Part shown: positions 24,346-34,556 of the stretch, in pieces
How positions within the stretch are numbered: the stretch's first letter is position 1
How the letters are laid out: the number at the start of each line of letters is the position of its first letter
Assembly: GCA_964409875.1 (NCBI GenBank)
Contig: CAYPEN010000002.1
Location: forward strand, 274,630-338,629
DNA length: 64,000 nt
Origin: an uncultured Gammaproteobacteria bacterium
Lineage (GTDB): Bacteria > Patescibacteriota > Microgenomatia > Levybacterales > GWA1-39-11
Direction: 5' to 3'
Notes under the pieces: model-generated
The model's database searches: none
What the model was told of the DNA's origin: nothing
The model's input: the letters and a program-made list of their open reading frames with translations, nothing else
Translations under genes and position numbers: made by a program

Positions 24346-25341
24346 ATGGGGGAAGATGAAAACATATCAAGTGAAGTAACGCAGGAAGACAAAACAAAAG
24401 TTCAAGAAGTACCGGAACTGCCACAGGCTCCTACGGACATTCAAATTAAGTCCGAGCAGGAATCTGCAGAAACATCAACTCCTCTTGAAGATAACGAAGG
24501 GTTAAAAACAGAGGAAGAGAAAGATGCTGAAATTGAAACACTTGTTCAAGATGCTAATGTGATAATTCACGAATATTTTGATGTTGCGACGGGTAGAGTA
24601 AAAGATCTCGATAGTGCTATTGCGGAGGTAGGAAGGAGTGGGAGTTCTTTAGGAGATGCTTTAGAAAAAGTCACGGGTACGTTGCGCGAGTTGGAAGACC
24701 GCCGCATGAGAGGAGAGCGATGTGATTTGATCATCGAAGACTTGCATCAATTAAAAAGGAGACTTGAAAATGCAAAGGAAACAGTAATTCACGACCATGT
24801 CATCCGGGGCGCAAAAGATTTCTCAAATATTGTTCATGGTGATGAGTCTTCGTGGAAAAATAGAGGAGGAACGGAAGCATTCTTGACCGGCTTGCGGGAA
24901 GCTGCTTTATTGGAAGACCCCTCAGCCAAAAGCGCAGCGCTCGGTGCCTTAAAAGAGCAGATAGAGGTGCTTGGGGGAAAGACATCATTTGATGCAAAAA
25001 ACCTTGCGGTAGCGACCGACCTTTTTGTGCGGGAGGTAGGAGAGGAACTCTTAAGAGGGGTTAGTTTAGGGTTTGATATCGATAGCAATGTAAGCCGGTT
25101 GCCGGAGGCAGGTAGGATGAGACGGAGTTTAAATGATGCAATGGAGCAGGCGCAACATACACAACGGCACCTCGGAGAAATTTTAAGGGATACCCCTTCA
25201 GATTATTATGCAATCGCTCGGGCCGGTGAAAGATTAATGTATGAAATGGAAGGAGTACTGATGGCCGCAGAACATCTTGGTGGTGATAAAACGGAGCGAA
25301 ATAATCCACAAGATAACAACTCTTCTTCCGGCAATTTGTAG
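24346..25341 (+). CDS. Hypothetical acidic protein
   Basis: ORF-track entry with a Glu/Asp-rich N-terminus. No motif recognised. Confidence 0.45.
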   Translation: MGEDENISSEVTQEDKTKVQEVPELPQAPTDIQIKSEQESAETSTPLEDNEGLKTEEEKDAEIETLVQDANVIIHEYFDVATGRVKDLDSAIAEVGRSGSSLGDALEKVTGTLRELEDRRMRGERCDLIIEDLHQLKRRLENAKETVIHDHVIRGAKDFSNIVHGDESSWKNRGGTEAFLTGLREAALLEDPSAKSAALGALKEQIEVLGGKTSFDAKNLAVATDLFVREVGEELLRGVSLGFDIDSNVSRLPEAGRMRRSLNDAMEQAQHTQRHLGEILRDTPSDYYAIARAGERLMYEMEGVLMAAEHLGGDKTERNNPQDNNSSSGNL

Positions 25342-25346
25342 CTGCT

Positions 25347-25877
25347 TTACAATACGTTGTATTTCAGAAGAAGCGTTCCATTTTCATTTAATTTTTCTGA
25401 GGAAATAAGTTTTAACGAAATCAATTGTTCCTCTTCGCCGACCAGACCGTTTCCAATGCCTAGAATTTTTGGTTCAAGAGTTTGCCATACTTCTGTCACT
25501 AATTTTTCTTTGAAGAATTCGGTGTTGGTATGGGCACCTCCGACAAGATATCCTTCTGTGTATCCTTGGGACTCCAGTCGTTTTATAAGTTCCGTTGGGT
25601 TTTCATTTGAAAATTCCAACTTCCCGGGAATTTTTTCGTTTTCATATTTTGACGGGTCGCGGGTTACGACAACTCGAAGCCGTCCATCTTTGTGTTGTAT
25701 GCCTCCTCTAGCTGCCTCATAGGTGGAGGAACCCATGATAAGAAGCTTTGCATTCTCAACTACATTTTGGAAATGCTTTTGGTCCTCGGCAGATGTCCAG
25801 TAGTGGATATCAGTCCCGTGCCCTTTTTGTGTCGACCTCCCATCAAGAGAGGTAACCATGACAAGAATTAGTTTCAT
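25347..25877 (-). CDS. Dihydrofolate reductase-family / RibD C-terminal-domain reductase
   Basis: MKLILVMVTSLDGRST...LLIMGSSTYEA...GYLVGGAHTNTEFFKEKLVTEVWQTLEPKILG matches the RibD_C/DHFR-like fold pattern. The start was taken at the internal Met. Confidence 0.6.
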   Translation of the reverse strand: MKLILVMVTSLDGRSTQKGHGTDIHYWTSAEDQKHFQNVVENAKLLIMGSSTYEAARGGIQHKDGRLRVVVTRDPSKYENEKIPGKLEFSNENPTELIKRLESQGYTEGYLVGGAHTNTEFFKEKLVTEVWQTLEPKILGIGNGLVGEEEQLISLKLISSEKLNENGTLLLKYNVL

Positions 25878-25896
25878 TGAATTATATTGAGAATAT

Positions 25897-26667
25897 TTAT
25901 ATCTTTTTACAACACACAATAATGTTATTTGGTAGCCATCTGTTAAAGAGTATATGAGATAGAATTTTTTTTAGTCTGTAATTATTTTGAAAGGCATATA
26001 GTTTTCTTATCTTTTCAATTTTAAAATTTGCTAGTTTTAGCTCAGTTTTTATTATTCTTTCTGTATATTCCCTGACATGTGAGCTTGGGTTCATGTCCAT
26101 AGTTGATAGGCCTTCATTGAGTGGGGTTGAAAGAATGAAAGTGCCATTTGGTTTCAGGCACGCTGAAATTTGTTTGTATAACTTAAAAATCTTGTGAGGA
26201 GGGATATGTTCTATGACTTCAATAGCAACTACCGTATCGACACTTCCCTTCTTAACATGTTTATTTAGATTCATAATATTATCTATGATAAATTTTCCGG
26301 TGAATTTCTGTTTTGCTCGCCTTATGGCAACCCTTGAGATATCAATACCTATAATAGTGAGGTTTATGTTCTTTATTGAAAATAGTTGTTCTAAATACGC
26401 CTGTCCTATTCCCAAATCGAGCAATGTTGCGTTGTTTCGTGGAATTAAGCTTGCAATAATTGATATTTTTTCTTTAGTCATAGAATCTTGCGTATTGAGA
26501 AACTCTTGTTCGCTAAACTTGTCGTCCCAAAACTTACCAGTGTTTAGATTCAAGTATGATTTTTCATAAGTTTTTAGAAATTCTTTTATTTCTCCGTTCT
26601 CTGCATAAAATTGTCGCTTGGTTTCCTCTCTTGCTATTTGTTTATTTAGTTTTTTATATATTGACAT
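25897..26667 (-). CDS. Class I SAM-dependent methyltransferase
   Basis: Motif I LLDLGIGQAYL. The motif post-I/II region is IIGIDIS...VDTVVAIEVIEHI. Confidence 0.7.
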   Translation of the reverse strand: MSIYKKLNKQIAREETKRQFYAENGEIKEFLKTYEKSYLNLNTGKFWDDKFSEQEFLNTQDSMTKEKISIIASLIPRNNATLLDLGIGQAYLEQLFSIKNINLTIIGIDISRVAIRRAKQKFTGKFIIDNIMNLNKHVKKGSVDTVVAIEVIEHIPPHKIFKLYKQISACLKPNGTFILSTPLNEGLSTMDMNPSSHVREYTERIIKTELKLANFKIEKIRKLYAFQNNYRLKKILSHILFNRWLPNNIIVCCKKI

Positions 26668-26698
26668 ATAGAAATTTTTTTGACTAAACTCAGAATAT

Positions 26699-28543
26699 AT
26701 GCTCTTAAAAATTACTGCCTTAATTTTAGCATTATATAGCTATTTCTATTTATTCTCCAGGATATCTTTTGCTAGTGTTAAATTTTCAGATGATTTCAAT
26801 TCCTATGCAGATGGACAATTTCCATCTCGGTGGATCCCAATTCATAATCCAGGTGAGCCTGCCTGTAATGCGTTGTGGAATGTAGAGGGAGGTATTCTTA
26901 AAGTAAAATTACCAAGTCATAGCCCATGCGCTGAAAATATCACACCCTTAGATAGCGCGTGGGGGCAGCTAATTGGAAATTATACGTTAGAAGCAGATGT
27001 TAGATTCATATCAGGTACAGATCATAATTTATCCTTTAGAATAGCGCCTGATGGAATTAATAATAATGAGCTTCACTTTGTGACCCCTGGCGCGGGATTT
27101 TCTATTGGTGTTTATCCGCCAATTTCTCAAAACATATATCAAAGTGATAAATTCTATACCTTCAACGAAGATTACCATATCAAAGTTGTAATTGATAATA
27201 CAAACTTAAAATTTTACACAAATGGAGATCTAACACGTGAGGTTATCTTAGAAAACCCTCTTTTATTAGGTAAAATAGCGCTTAGGATAGGTACAGGTAA
27301 TGGTTCGAATACTGAGACATGGTTCGATAATGTCAAAGTAACAACGTTAGATGATGAAAATAGTAATGATTTGGCGGTACCCTTATTAAAGCAAACTGAT
27401 CCGTTATGGGCTAATGATGTTTATGATTCCGCTAACCTGTGGTCAACGGGCGCTACGGATATTTCAAGATGGGGTTGCGCGATAACTTCTGCAACCATGG
27501 TTTTACAGTACAATAAGATAACTAAATTGCCAAGTGGTCAAGATCTGACTCCCGGAACACTCAATTCCTATCTCTTGACTACCCCCGACGGTTATATGCC
27601 AAATGGCCTTACGAATTGGCATGCAATCTCGGTTATGACAAAAAAAGCAAAAGTAAATAATCCAAATTTTGCGTTCGATGCGCTAAAGGACGATTATAAA
27701 GGAGCCAATGATTCTACAACAATAGAAAACGATTTAAGCAATGGTATGCCCGACATATTGCAAGTGAGTACCGGAAATGGTACGCACTTTGTTGTTGCCA
27801 AGGGTAAAAACGGTACGACATTTAATATCAATGATCCATTTTTTGATAAGAGTGACCTGAGTACTTATGAGAACACTTTTGCATCCGTTAAAAGATTTAT
27901 CCCGACCAATACAGATCTTTCATTTCTGATGTTTCTAGTAGATCCAAATACAGATATTATTTTGAAAGATGAGCAGGGGAATATTATTGGACAATCATCA
28001 CTAGAGAGTCCTATTGGAGATCCATTAAATGTATTGAACAATACTGTGGGTCCTTTAAAACAGGTAATATTCAGTGAGCCACCAAGCGGTAATTATAAAG
28101 TTGAGGTATCATCAACAAACCCAGCATCTTACTTCTTGCATGGTTATTTGTATGACATATATGGGAATGTAAAGATGTTTGAACAAAAAGATATTTTGGG
28201 ACAGAACGATACAGACACTTATCTAATACATTTTAATAAAGATACCATTGCTGATATAAACATAGGTCAGAATGTAACATTGACAACACTTAAGAACGAT
28301 GTTGTCGCTTTGTATTCCTTTGGACATATTAAAAAAGAATTCTATAAAGAATTATTGGAAAAAATTAAAGAAGTGGAGAAGAATCAGAACAAAAAAGGTG
28401 AAAGTTTGTACCATAAATTGAAGGAACTGAGCAAAGAAATAGGAAAAAAGAAAGGGATTGACGCCTATGCTGCAGAAATACTTTCGCATGATATTCAAGC
28501 ATTAATTAATTCATTGCCTCCTGCCAGTAGCAACGAGGATTAA
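26699..28543 (+). CDS. Secreted/membrane-anchored protein with lectin-like and papain-like (C39-like) cysteine peptidase domains and a C-terminal coiled coil
   Basis: N-terminal hydrophobic signal. WGCAITSATMVLQYN resembles the catalytic Cys region of C39/transglutaminase-like peptidases. Confidence 0.4.
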   Translation: MLLKITALILALYSYFYLFSRISFASVKFSDDFNSYADGQFPSRWIPIHNPGEPACNALWNVEGGILKVKLPSHSPCAENITPLDSAWGQLIGNYTLEADVRFISGTDHNLSFRIAPDGINNNELHFVTPGAGFSIGVYPPISQNIYQSDKFYTFNEDYHIKVVIDNTNLKFYTNGDLTREVILENPLLLGKIALRIGTGNGSNTETWFDNVKVTTLDDENSNDLAVPLLKQTDPLWANDVYDSANLWSTGATDISRWGCAITSATMVLQYNKITKLPSGQDLTPGTLNSYLLTTPDGYMPNGLTNWHAISVMTKKAKVNNPNFAFDALKDDYKGANDSTTIENDLSNGMPDILQVSTGNGTHFVVAKGKNGTTFNINDPFFDKSDLSTYENTFASVKRFIPTNTDLSFLMFLVDPNTDIILKDEQGNIIGQSSLESPIGDPLNVLNNTVGPLKQVIFSEPPSGNYKVEVSSTNPASYFLHGYLYDIYGNVKMFEQKDILGQNDTDTYLIHFNKDTIADINIGQNVTLTTLKNDVVALYSFGHIKKEFYKELLEKIKEVEKNQNKKGESLYHKLKELSKEIGKKKGIDAYAAEILSHDIQALINSLPPASSNED

Positions 28544-28581
28544 TCCTTTAGCATTTACACACTGCTCCCCTTTTTGTCATA

Positions 28582-29421
28582 ATGGTAGGTATGCAAGAAA
28601 TGTTTGTGGTCAAAAAATCGGGGGAGAGGGAGGCGTATGACAAAGAGAAAGTTATCCGCTCCATGAACCGGGTGGGGGTGCCTGATAATTTACAGCCGGA
28701 AGTACTCGAGCACATTCAGACTAAATTTCATGACGGACAGATTTCAACGGACGAGATATTCAAGCACGTTTTGGAATATTTAGAGCCGCGCGATAGAAAG
28801 TCCTCATTACGGTTTAATTTGCGCGAGGCGATATTTGAATTAGGTCCGACCGGATTTCCATTCGAGCAATACTTGGCAAAAATTTTCCGGACGATGGGAT
28901 ACCAAGTCACAACGGACAACATTATGAACGGGGATTGCGTTAGACACGAGATAGATTTGGTGTTGGAGAAAGACAAACACAAAGAAATTGTGGAGGTAAA
29001 ATTCCATAATCACCATGTTGTCAAAACCGACGTGCAGGTCGCACTTTACACGTACGCCAGATTTTTAGATGTGAAGGAAAAAAATAATGTCGACAACGTT
29101 TGGTTAGTCACCAACACCAAATTGACGGCTGATGCTATTTCATATGCCAACTGCAAGGGAATGCCGGTTATTGCCTGGAATTATCCGGAGAAAGGAAATT
29201 TGCAGGATTTGGTGGAGGACCCTCAGATGTATCCGATAACTTTGCTTACCTCTCTTTCAGAGCAGGAAAAAAGACGTCTTATTGAGAAGAACGTTGTATT
29301 TTGCCGCGACCTATTGACCAAAAGTGACATTGAGCTTGCCGACCCGCTTATTAGGAATAACAGTTTACAAAAAGCCAAAGATGATGCACAATTGGTTTGT
29401 CCACTGCCCGAGAGACACTAA
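28582..29421 (+). CDS. ATP-cone domain fused to a restriction-endonuclease-like (Mrr-type) domain
   Basis: The N-terminus MFVVKKSGEREAYDKEKVIRSMNRVG matches the ATP-cone signature (V.KRdG..E.Fd..KI). The C-terminal region with EIDLVLEK...EVKFHN resembles PD-(D/E)xK Mrr_cat. Confidence 0.5.
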   Translation: MVGMQEMFVVKKSGEREAYDKEKVIRSMNRVGVPDNLQPEVLEHIQTKFHDGQISTDEIFKHVLEYLEPRDRKSSLRFNLREAIFELGPTGFPFEQYLAKIFRTMGYQVTTDNIMNGDCVRHEIDLVLEKDKHKEIVEVKFHNHHVVKTDVQVALYTYARFLDVKEKNNVDNVWLVTNTKLTADAISYANCKGMPVIAWNYPEKGNLQDLVEDPQMYPITLLTSLSEQEKRRLIEKNVVFCRDLLTKSDIELADPLIRNNSLQKAKDDAQLVCPLPERH

Positions 29422-30479
29422 GTATGGCAACGATAACCCTTCCCGGACTGATAGACATCCACACCCACATGCGTACCCCGGGGCATACGCATAAAGAAGA
29501 TTTTTATACTGGGACACTTGCCGCTCTGAATGGTGGATTTACGACTGTTATTGATATGCCCAATAACGCAATTCCGATAACGACAAAAAAACTTTTGGAT
29601 GAAAAAATAAAAGTGGCTCGTCAGCAGGTAGTCAGTGATATCGGATTTCATTTCGGGAGCCTAGGGAATAATTTAGAAGAATTGAAAAAAGTTTCCAAAA
29701 AAGTTTTTGGTCTAAAGTTATATCTTAATCAAACAACGGGAGGATTTATCATCGGAAAAAAGGAGCTTGCAGATATCTACAATTCTTGGGAGGGTCAGCA
29801 ACCAATCCTTCTTCATGCTGAAGAGGATGTTTTGGATATGGTTTTTGAGATTGTAAAAAAGACAAAGAGGGCAACCCACATCTGTCATGTTTCCTCACAA
29901 ATAGAATTATCAAAAATAGCAAAGGCAAAAGAGAGGGGATTGAAAGTGACATGCGGGGTAACTCCGCATCATCTATTTTTAACTCAGGATGATGAGAAAA
30001 AATTAGGACCATATGGAAAAATGAAACCATTTCTTAAAAGCAAAAAAGATGTGAATTTCCTATGGAGCAACTTTGCATATATCGATATCATCGAGTCGGA
30101 CCATGCTCCACACACGATAAAAGAAAAAGAAAGCGAGGCGCCATTTGGGGTTCCCGGACTTGACACTACCCTCCCCCTTCTCCTGACAAAAGTTGAGGAG
30201 GGAAAATTGACTACTGATGAAATTATACAGTTGTGTCATACAAATCCTGCAAAAATTTTCAATATTCCAACTTCCAATGCAACCAAAATCGAAGTCGACA
30301 TGGAGGAATATGTTTTGACAAAAAAGAATCTGAAAACAAAAGCGGGCTGGTCTCCATTCGAAGGAAGGCGGGTTATCGGAAAAGTAAAAAATATTGCTAT
30401 TCGTGGGAAGAAAGTATTTGAGAATGGAAAATGTATCGAAAAAAAAGGAAACGGAAAAGTGATAACTCCTATTGTTTGA
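29397..30479 (+). CDS. pyrC: Dihydroorotase (cyclic amidohydrolase family)
   Basis: LPGLIDIHTHMRTPG...KEDFYTGTLAALNGGFTTVIDMPN is the metal-binding amidohydrolase block typical of dihydroorotase. Confidence 0.7.
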   Translation: MSTARETLSMATITLPGLIDIHTHMRTPGHTHKEDFYTGTLAALNGGFTTVIDMPNNAIPITTKKLLDEKIKVARQQVVSDIGFHFGSLGNNLEELKKVSKKVFGLKLYLNQTTGGFIIGKKELADIYNSWEGQQPILLHAEEDVLDMVFEIVKKTKRATHICHVSSQIELSKIAKAKERGLKVTCGVTPHHLFLTQDDEKKLGPYGKMKPFLKSKKDVNFLWSNFAYIDIIESDHAPHTIKEKESEAPFGVPGLDTTLPLLLTKVEEGKLTTDEIIQLCHTNPAKIFNIPTSNATKIEVDMEEYVLTKKNLKTKAGWSPFEGRRVIGKVKNIAIRGKKVFENGKCIEKKGNGKVITPIV

Positions 30480-31026
30480 AGTTTATTATTGTGAGAATTA
30501 TAATCCGTGTATGACAGTCGAATTCTCAGAAGTTGCAAATATCTACGAAAGGATGAGTCCTTCTGAGCGACAACAAGAACTTTCGCGATTATTACACACA
30601 TTGCCACACCAACTTATCGAAGGAGACGCACAAATCGTTGAAAATGTGCGGCTGTTAAATGATTTGGCAAAGCTATTACAATTTTCTAAAGGAACCTCCG
30701 AATTTGTTACTCATCAATTGAGAGAAGTAGCATATGCAACGGAATTTGGCGTTGAAGCCTTGAAAGAAAAACCCGAAGCGGTAGTTCCGGAGGCTGCGAT
30801 GTTCCCCGGTAGTGTTTTGGTTGATGTAGGAATGGCTGGACAATTCGATGATGCGACCGTTCAGATACCGGAGCAGCGGGAATTATTGCGTCTTGGGAGA
30901 AGGCGGGCAGCTCAGCGGGTTTCACATGATCATTTGCTTTTTGTAGGGTGGTCTACGTCGTACGAAAATAAGTATCACATGCAGCCAACAGACCTGCTTT
31001 TTTTGGAACGGGAGTTGTCTAGGTAG
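30472..31026 (+). CDS. Hypothetical protein
   Basis: ORF-track entry with no motif recognised. It overlaps both neighbours by 8 nt. Confidence 0.35.
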   Translation: MFEVYYCENYNPCMTVEFSEVANIYERMSPSERQQELSRLLHTLPHQLIEGDAQIVENVRLLNDLAKLLQFSKGTSEFVTHQLREVAYATEFGVEALKEKPEAVVPEAAMFPGSVLVDVGMAGQFDDATVQIPEQRELLRLGRRRAAQRVSHDHLLFVGWSTSYENKYHMQPTDLLFLERELSR

Positions 31027-32134
31027 TTGTTCTTCCGTGCCAATTCTCAATTATATTAAGAGCAGTATTTTCGCTTTCTTTGATTTCTTGCGCTAGATAT
31101 GGATTCCACATTGCGCCCGTTGCGGACATGACGCTATTAGCTCCAGTAGTAATATATTCAAAATAATCTTCCGATTTCATTACTCCACCTACTCCCTCTA
31201 TGGCAAATGAATACCCATTCTTATTTTTTATGTCTTTTAGTTTGCGAACTGTTTCAAGACCAGCCCATTTAATTGTTGCGCCACAAACTCCACTCCTGCT
31301 GCGGTTTTTGCCGGGGAGCGCCTGATTACCGTTTTTATCAATAATCTCGGTTTGCAATGTGTTAATTCCCGAAATGCCATCTGCATATTTATTGGCAATT
31401 TCAGCAAGGCTTGCAAGCTGCATGTCGTCTTTGTAATATCCTATTTTTATAATAAGCGGTGTATTTCCAATAACATTTCGTACTGCGTCACAAACCTTCT
31501 CGGTAACATCTAAGTTGTAGCAGACCAACCCTTCGTTCCCGATATTAGGACATGACAGATTAGTTTCCAAAATCTTTGCTCCGGTTTCTAAAGACAGCTT
31601 TGCTGCAAGGGCGTAATCCTCAATAAATTCCTCCTGTGTCTGATGTTCTCTCACTGTTCCCATAAAACTCAAAACCAATGCTTGGCCATGCCCGACATAT
31701 CCGAGTGCTTTTTTGACATCTGCCTGCCATTCGTCTGGCTTTTTTGATGGGACACCAAATGAATTCGTAATTGATAAGGGTTCCTGGTAATTAGTATCAG
31801 CAATAAGTTTTTCCTGGGTTTTCTCAATAGTTAAATTGCCATCGATGTTTACCGATAATACGTTTGGGAATGGGTGGCAGGGGAAAAAATCAGAGCGTAC
31901 CGTTTTATAGACCACAATATCAAATCCTTTTTCAAAAGCTGCTTTTGCAAAATTGCTGTTAATTATCGGTCCTGCCGGAATGCCGAATGGGAGGAATATT
32001 TTTTGTCCAAAAAAATCATAGGTTGGTGTCCCTTGTTGTTGATAAACGTTTCCGTTGGAGAAATCGCCGAACGGACCGTTTTGGTAATTCTCCTCATAGC
32101 TTTTTGTCGGGTCGTAAAAAGGTTTATGAAGCAT
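31019..32134 (-). CDS. pyrD: Dihydroorotate dehydrogenase-like flavoenzyme (class 1 DHOD / dihydropyrimidine dehydrogenase family)
   Basis: LETNLSCPN (the DHOD class 1 N-SCPN motif) and a C-terminal AIEGVGGV FMN-binding block. Confidence 0.65.
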   Translation of the reverse strand: MLHKPFYDPTKSYEENYQNGPFGDFSNGNVYQQQGTPTYDFFGQKIFLPFGIPAGPIINSNFAKAAFEKGFDIVVYKTVRSDFFPCHPFPNVLSVNIDGNLTIEKTQEKLIADTNYQEPLSITNSFGVPSKKPDEWQADVKKALGYVGHGQALVLSFMGTVREHQTQEEFIEDYALAAKLSLETGAKILETNLSCPNIGNEGLVCYNLDVTEKVCDAVRNVIGNTPLIIKIGYYKDDMQLASLAEIANKYADGISGINTLQTEIIDKNGNQALPGKNRSRSGVCGATIKWAGLETVRKLKDIKNKNGYSFAIEGVGGVMKSEDYFEYITTGANSVMSATGAMWNPYLAQEIKESENTALNIIENWHGRTTT

Positions 32135-32264
32135 GAGGGTAGAGTATCAGAAGGTTTTTCGTTAGTCAAATGTGAAAAATGCGTTATTGAAAGATACGGG
32201 TTTGATAATAATTGGAAATTTCAATTGACGAATCATAAGGTGTTGATATATAGTAGTATAGTCC

Positions 32265-32750
32265 ATGAGATTTTTGAAAAGGTTACTCGGAATACTCCCG
32301 CTATCACACGCTTTTGCTCATTGTGATATCCCTTGTAAGATTTACGACCCATACACTGCACAAGTAGCTGCACATTCGGTTTTGCGGATGACACAAATGC
32401 TTGAAGAGGCAAAAGCAATGCCTGATGATATTGCCCGCGAGCACCATATAGCGCGCATTACAAAAGTCAAAGAAGAACATGCTGAAATTGTAAAACACGA
32501 GGTGAGAGTTATTTGGGGGGATTACTTTAAAGAAGAGCAAATGGCAAAAGTACCACAGATAAATGAATTGGTTCATAACATTATGATGTCTACATCAAAG
32601 ACAAAACAGGAAATAAATAGTGACGAAGCAAAAAAATTACTATCGCTTGTCCAGGATTTTGCAGAAAAGTTCTACATGACAAAAGGATTTGAGACAATGA
32701 GAATTCCTTCCGGTTTTCCAACGGAGGGAGAATTAGTAATTCACAAATAA
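32265..32750 (+). CDS. sodN: Nickel superoxide dismutase precursor
   Basis: After the propeptide MRFLKRLLGILPLSHAFA comes HCDIPCKIYDP, which is the Ni-hook (His-Cys-x-x-Pro-Cys-Gly/Lys-x-Tyr) at the mature N-terminus. Confidence 0.85.
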   Translation: MRFLKRLLGILPLSHAFAHCDIPCKIYDPYTAQVAAHSVLRMTQMLEEAKAMPDDIAREHHIARITKVKEEHAEIVKHEVRVIWGDYFKEEQMAKVPQINELVHNIMMSTSKTKQEINSDEAKKLLSLVQDFAEKFYMTKGFETMRIPSGFPTEGELVIHK

Positions 32751-33025
32751 TGCTTCTCGGTTTTTTTAAAGTCTCCGGACACAGTATGCTGCCGAAATTT
32801 TCTCCAGACGATATAATTATTGTGAGCACCCTCCCCTATCTTTTTACAAGTCCCAAAGTGGGAGATGTCATTTTATTTAAAAAAAACGGAAAAAATTTTC
32901 TCAAAAGGATACGTAATATTCAGGAAAAGAAAATAGCGGTTCAGGGGGACAACAAAAAAGATAGCCTTGTGGTTTCTGACATAGAGAAAAAAGATATCAT
33001 TGGGAAAATACTTATTAAATTATAA
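32750..33025 (+). CDS. sodX: NiSOD maturation peptidase SodX (S26 signal-peptidase-like)
   Basis: The GHSMLP motif resembles the S26 GDSMxPT catalytic serine block. It lies immediately downstream of sodN. Confidence 0.65.
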   Translation: MLLGFFKVSGHSMLPKFSPDDIIIVSTLPYLFTSPKVGDVILFKKNGKNFLKRIRNIQEKKIAVQGDNKKDSLVVSDIEKKDIIGKILIKL

Positions 33026-33525
33026 TGTTGCTAAGTTTTTTTGGAATTATTATTCTTATTGTTCTTTTTACTTTTGTGTGGCCACCGGATAGCCCATGGA
33101 GTCCATGGTGGAGGACTAGAAAGAGGGTTGCAAGAAAGGCATGTAGGCTTGCAGAAATAACAGACAAAGATGTTGTATATGAATTAGGAAGCGGGGATGG
33201 AGAGTTCATTTTAACTGCTGCCAATGAGTTCCGTGCAAAAAAAGCCGTAGGGATAGAAATTGATTATTCCCGTTATTTTATATCTGTCACACGGAATTAT
33301 TTCAAAAAAAGAAAGGTAAAATTTGTAAGAAAAGACTTTAAAAAAGTAAAATTGAATGATGCGACAGTTGTATATTTTTATCTTGTCCCCGCCGTTATAA
33401 AGCGCATCATGCCAAAACTAAAGAAAGAATTAAAACCGGGAACAAAAATCATAAGCTATAGATACGAAGTCCCATTAGAACATAAAAAGCAAGATACGAG
33501 CGGTCTTTTCCTCTATATTATCTAA
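33025..33525 (+). CDS. Membrane-anchored small SAM-dependent methyltransferase
   Basis: N-terminal TM helix followed by motif I VYELGSGDGEF. Confidence 0.5.
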   Translation: MLLSFFGIIILIVLFTFVWPPDSPWSPWWRTRKRVARKACRLAEITDKDVVYELGSGDGEFILTAANEFRAKKAVGIEIDYSRYFISVTRNYFKKRKVKFVRKDFKKVKLNDATVVYFYLVPAVIKRIMPKLKKELKPGTKIISYRYEVPLEHKKQDTSGLFLYII

Positions 33526-34555
33526 ATAGAGTACGTGCCCTTAGATATGCCCAGCGGGTTTTGTCAGCAACTTTATACAATTGATACAGAACAGGATTAA
33601 TTACCAGATCAAAACTTCCGACAAACTCTGTGTGAGTTGCCCCATACCCTTCCTTAAATTTATGGAAGCCGTACCATGGGTCTTTCGTGTTTGGTTCCCC
33701 TCCTAATGCACCCCACATATCAAAATATTTTAAACCCAATTTTTTTCCAAAACGGATAGCTTCCCACATGATAAGATTTGAAGCCATAACGTTCCGGTAT
33801 TTAGATGAAGATGCACCGTACGGATAATATAAATAATCTTTAAAAACAAAAAGTATCCAGGAGGCAAGTGTTTCTTCATTCCCTGCCTCGGTTTTATAAA
33901 TGGCTCGGAGAAGGTGTGCTGAAAGGGAATTTGTATCAATGGTTTTTTTATTACCAAGAGTTTCCCACATTTTGGTGTGATATGTTGGAGTGTGGGCAAA
34001 GAACCGTTGGCGGGTGGTTGTCTCTTTGGTAAGTTGTAAATATTTTTTAAAAGCACTTTCGGAATTTTCAATCTCCACTTTCACATTATGTTTTTTTGCT
34101 ACTTTGATGTTATAACGCGTTTTCGGATGAAAACTTTTTAAAAGTTCTTCTTCTCTTTTCGATATATCAAGGATGAAAGTAAATTTTGTAAAAAGAGGAT
34201 GAAATGAGGGACGCAAATGCGCCATGTTGAAATTGTTTTCGGATGCTTTGATATTTGGTTCGAGCTGTACAAAAATACATTTATTTTCCTTCCCGATTTT
34301 TTGTAGTTCCAAAATAACCTCCTTTGTCGGATTATTTCCTTTCGGTAAATACCCTATTGTGAAGTTTGTTTTTGGAACTTTATGAATTGTAACAGTAAAT
34401 CCATCAACTATTTTTCCTGCCCTGACAAACCCGCGCCGTATCACTCTAACTCCCGTCTTCTCCCGGAATTCTCCCCATTCATATGATTGAAGAGGGTGAG
34501 AAACAACAGCGTTATAGTCGCTTTTTTGTGCTTTTGTTATTTCTACAACATCCAT
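33518..34555 (-). CDS. FemAB-family peptidoglycan aminoacyltransferase
   Basis: Typical FemX/FemAB length. Blocks match YEWGEF...IGYLPKG and YYPYGASS...NLIMWEAIRFGKKLGLKYFDMWG. Confidence 0.75.
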   Translation of the reverse strand: MDVVEITKAQKSDYNAVVSHPLQSYEWGEFREKTGVRVIRRGFVRAGKIVDGFTVTIHKVPKTNFTIGYLPKGNNPTKEVILELQKIGKENKCIFVQLEPNIKASENNFNMAHLRPSFHPLFTKFTFILDISKREEELLKSFHPKTRYNIKVAKKHNVKVEIENSESAFKKYLQLTKETTTRQRFFAHTPTYHTKMWETLGNKKTIDTNSLSAHLLRAIYKTEAGNEETLASWILFVFKDYLYYPYGASSSKYRNVMASNLIMWEAIRFGKKLGLKYFDMWGALGGEPNTKDPWYGFHKFKEGYGATHTEFVGSFDLVINPVLYQLYKVADKTRWAYLRARTLFR

Positions 34556-34556
34556 A

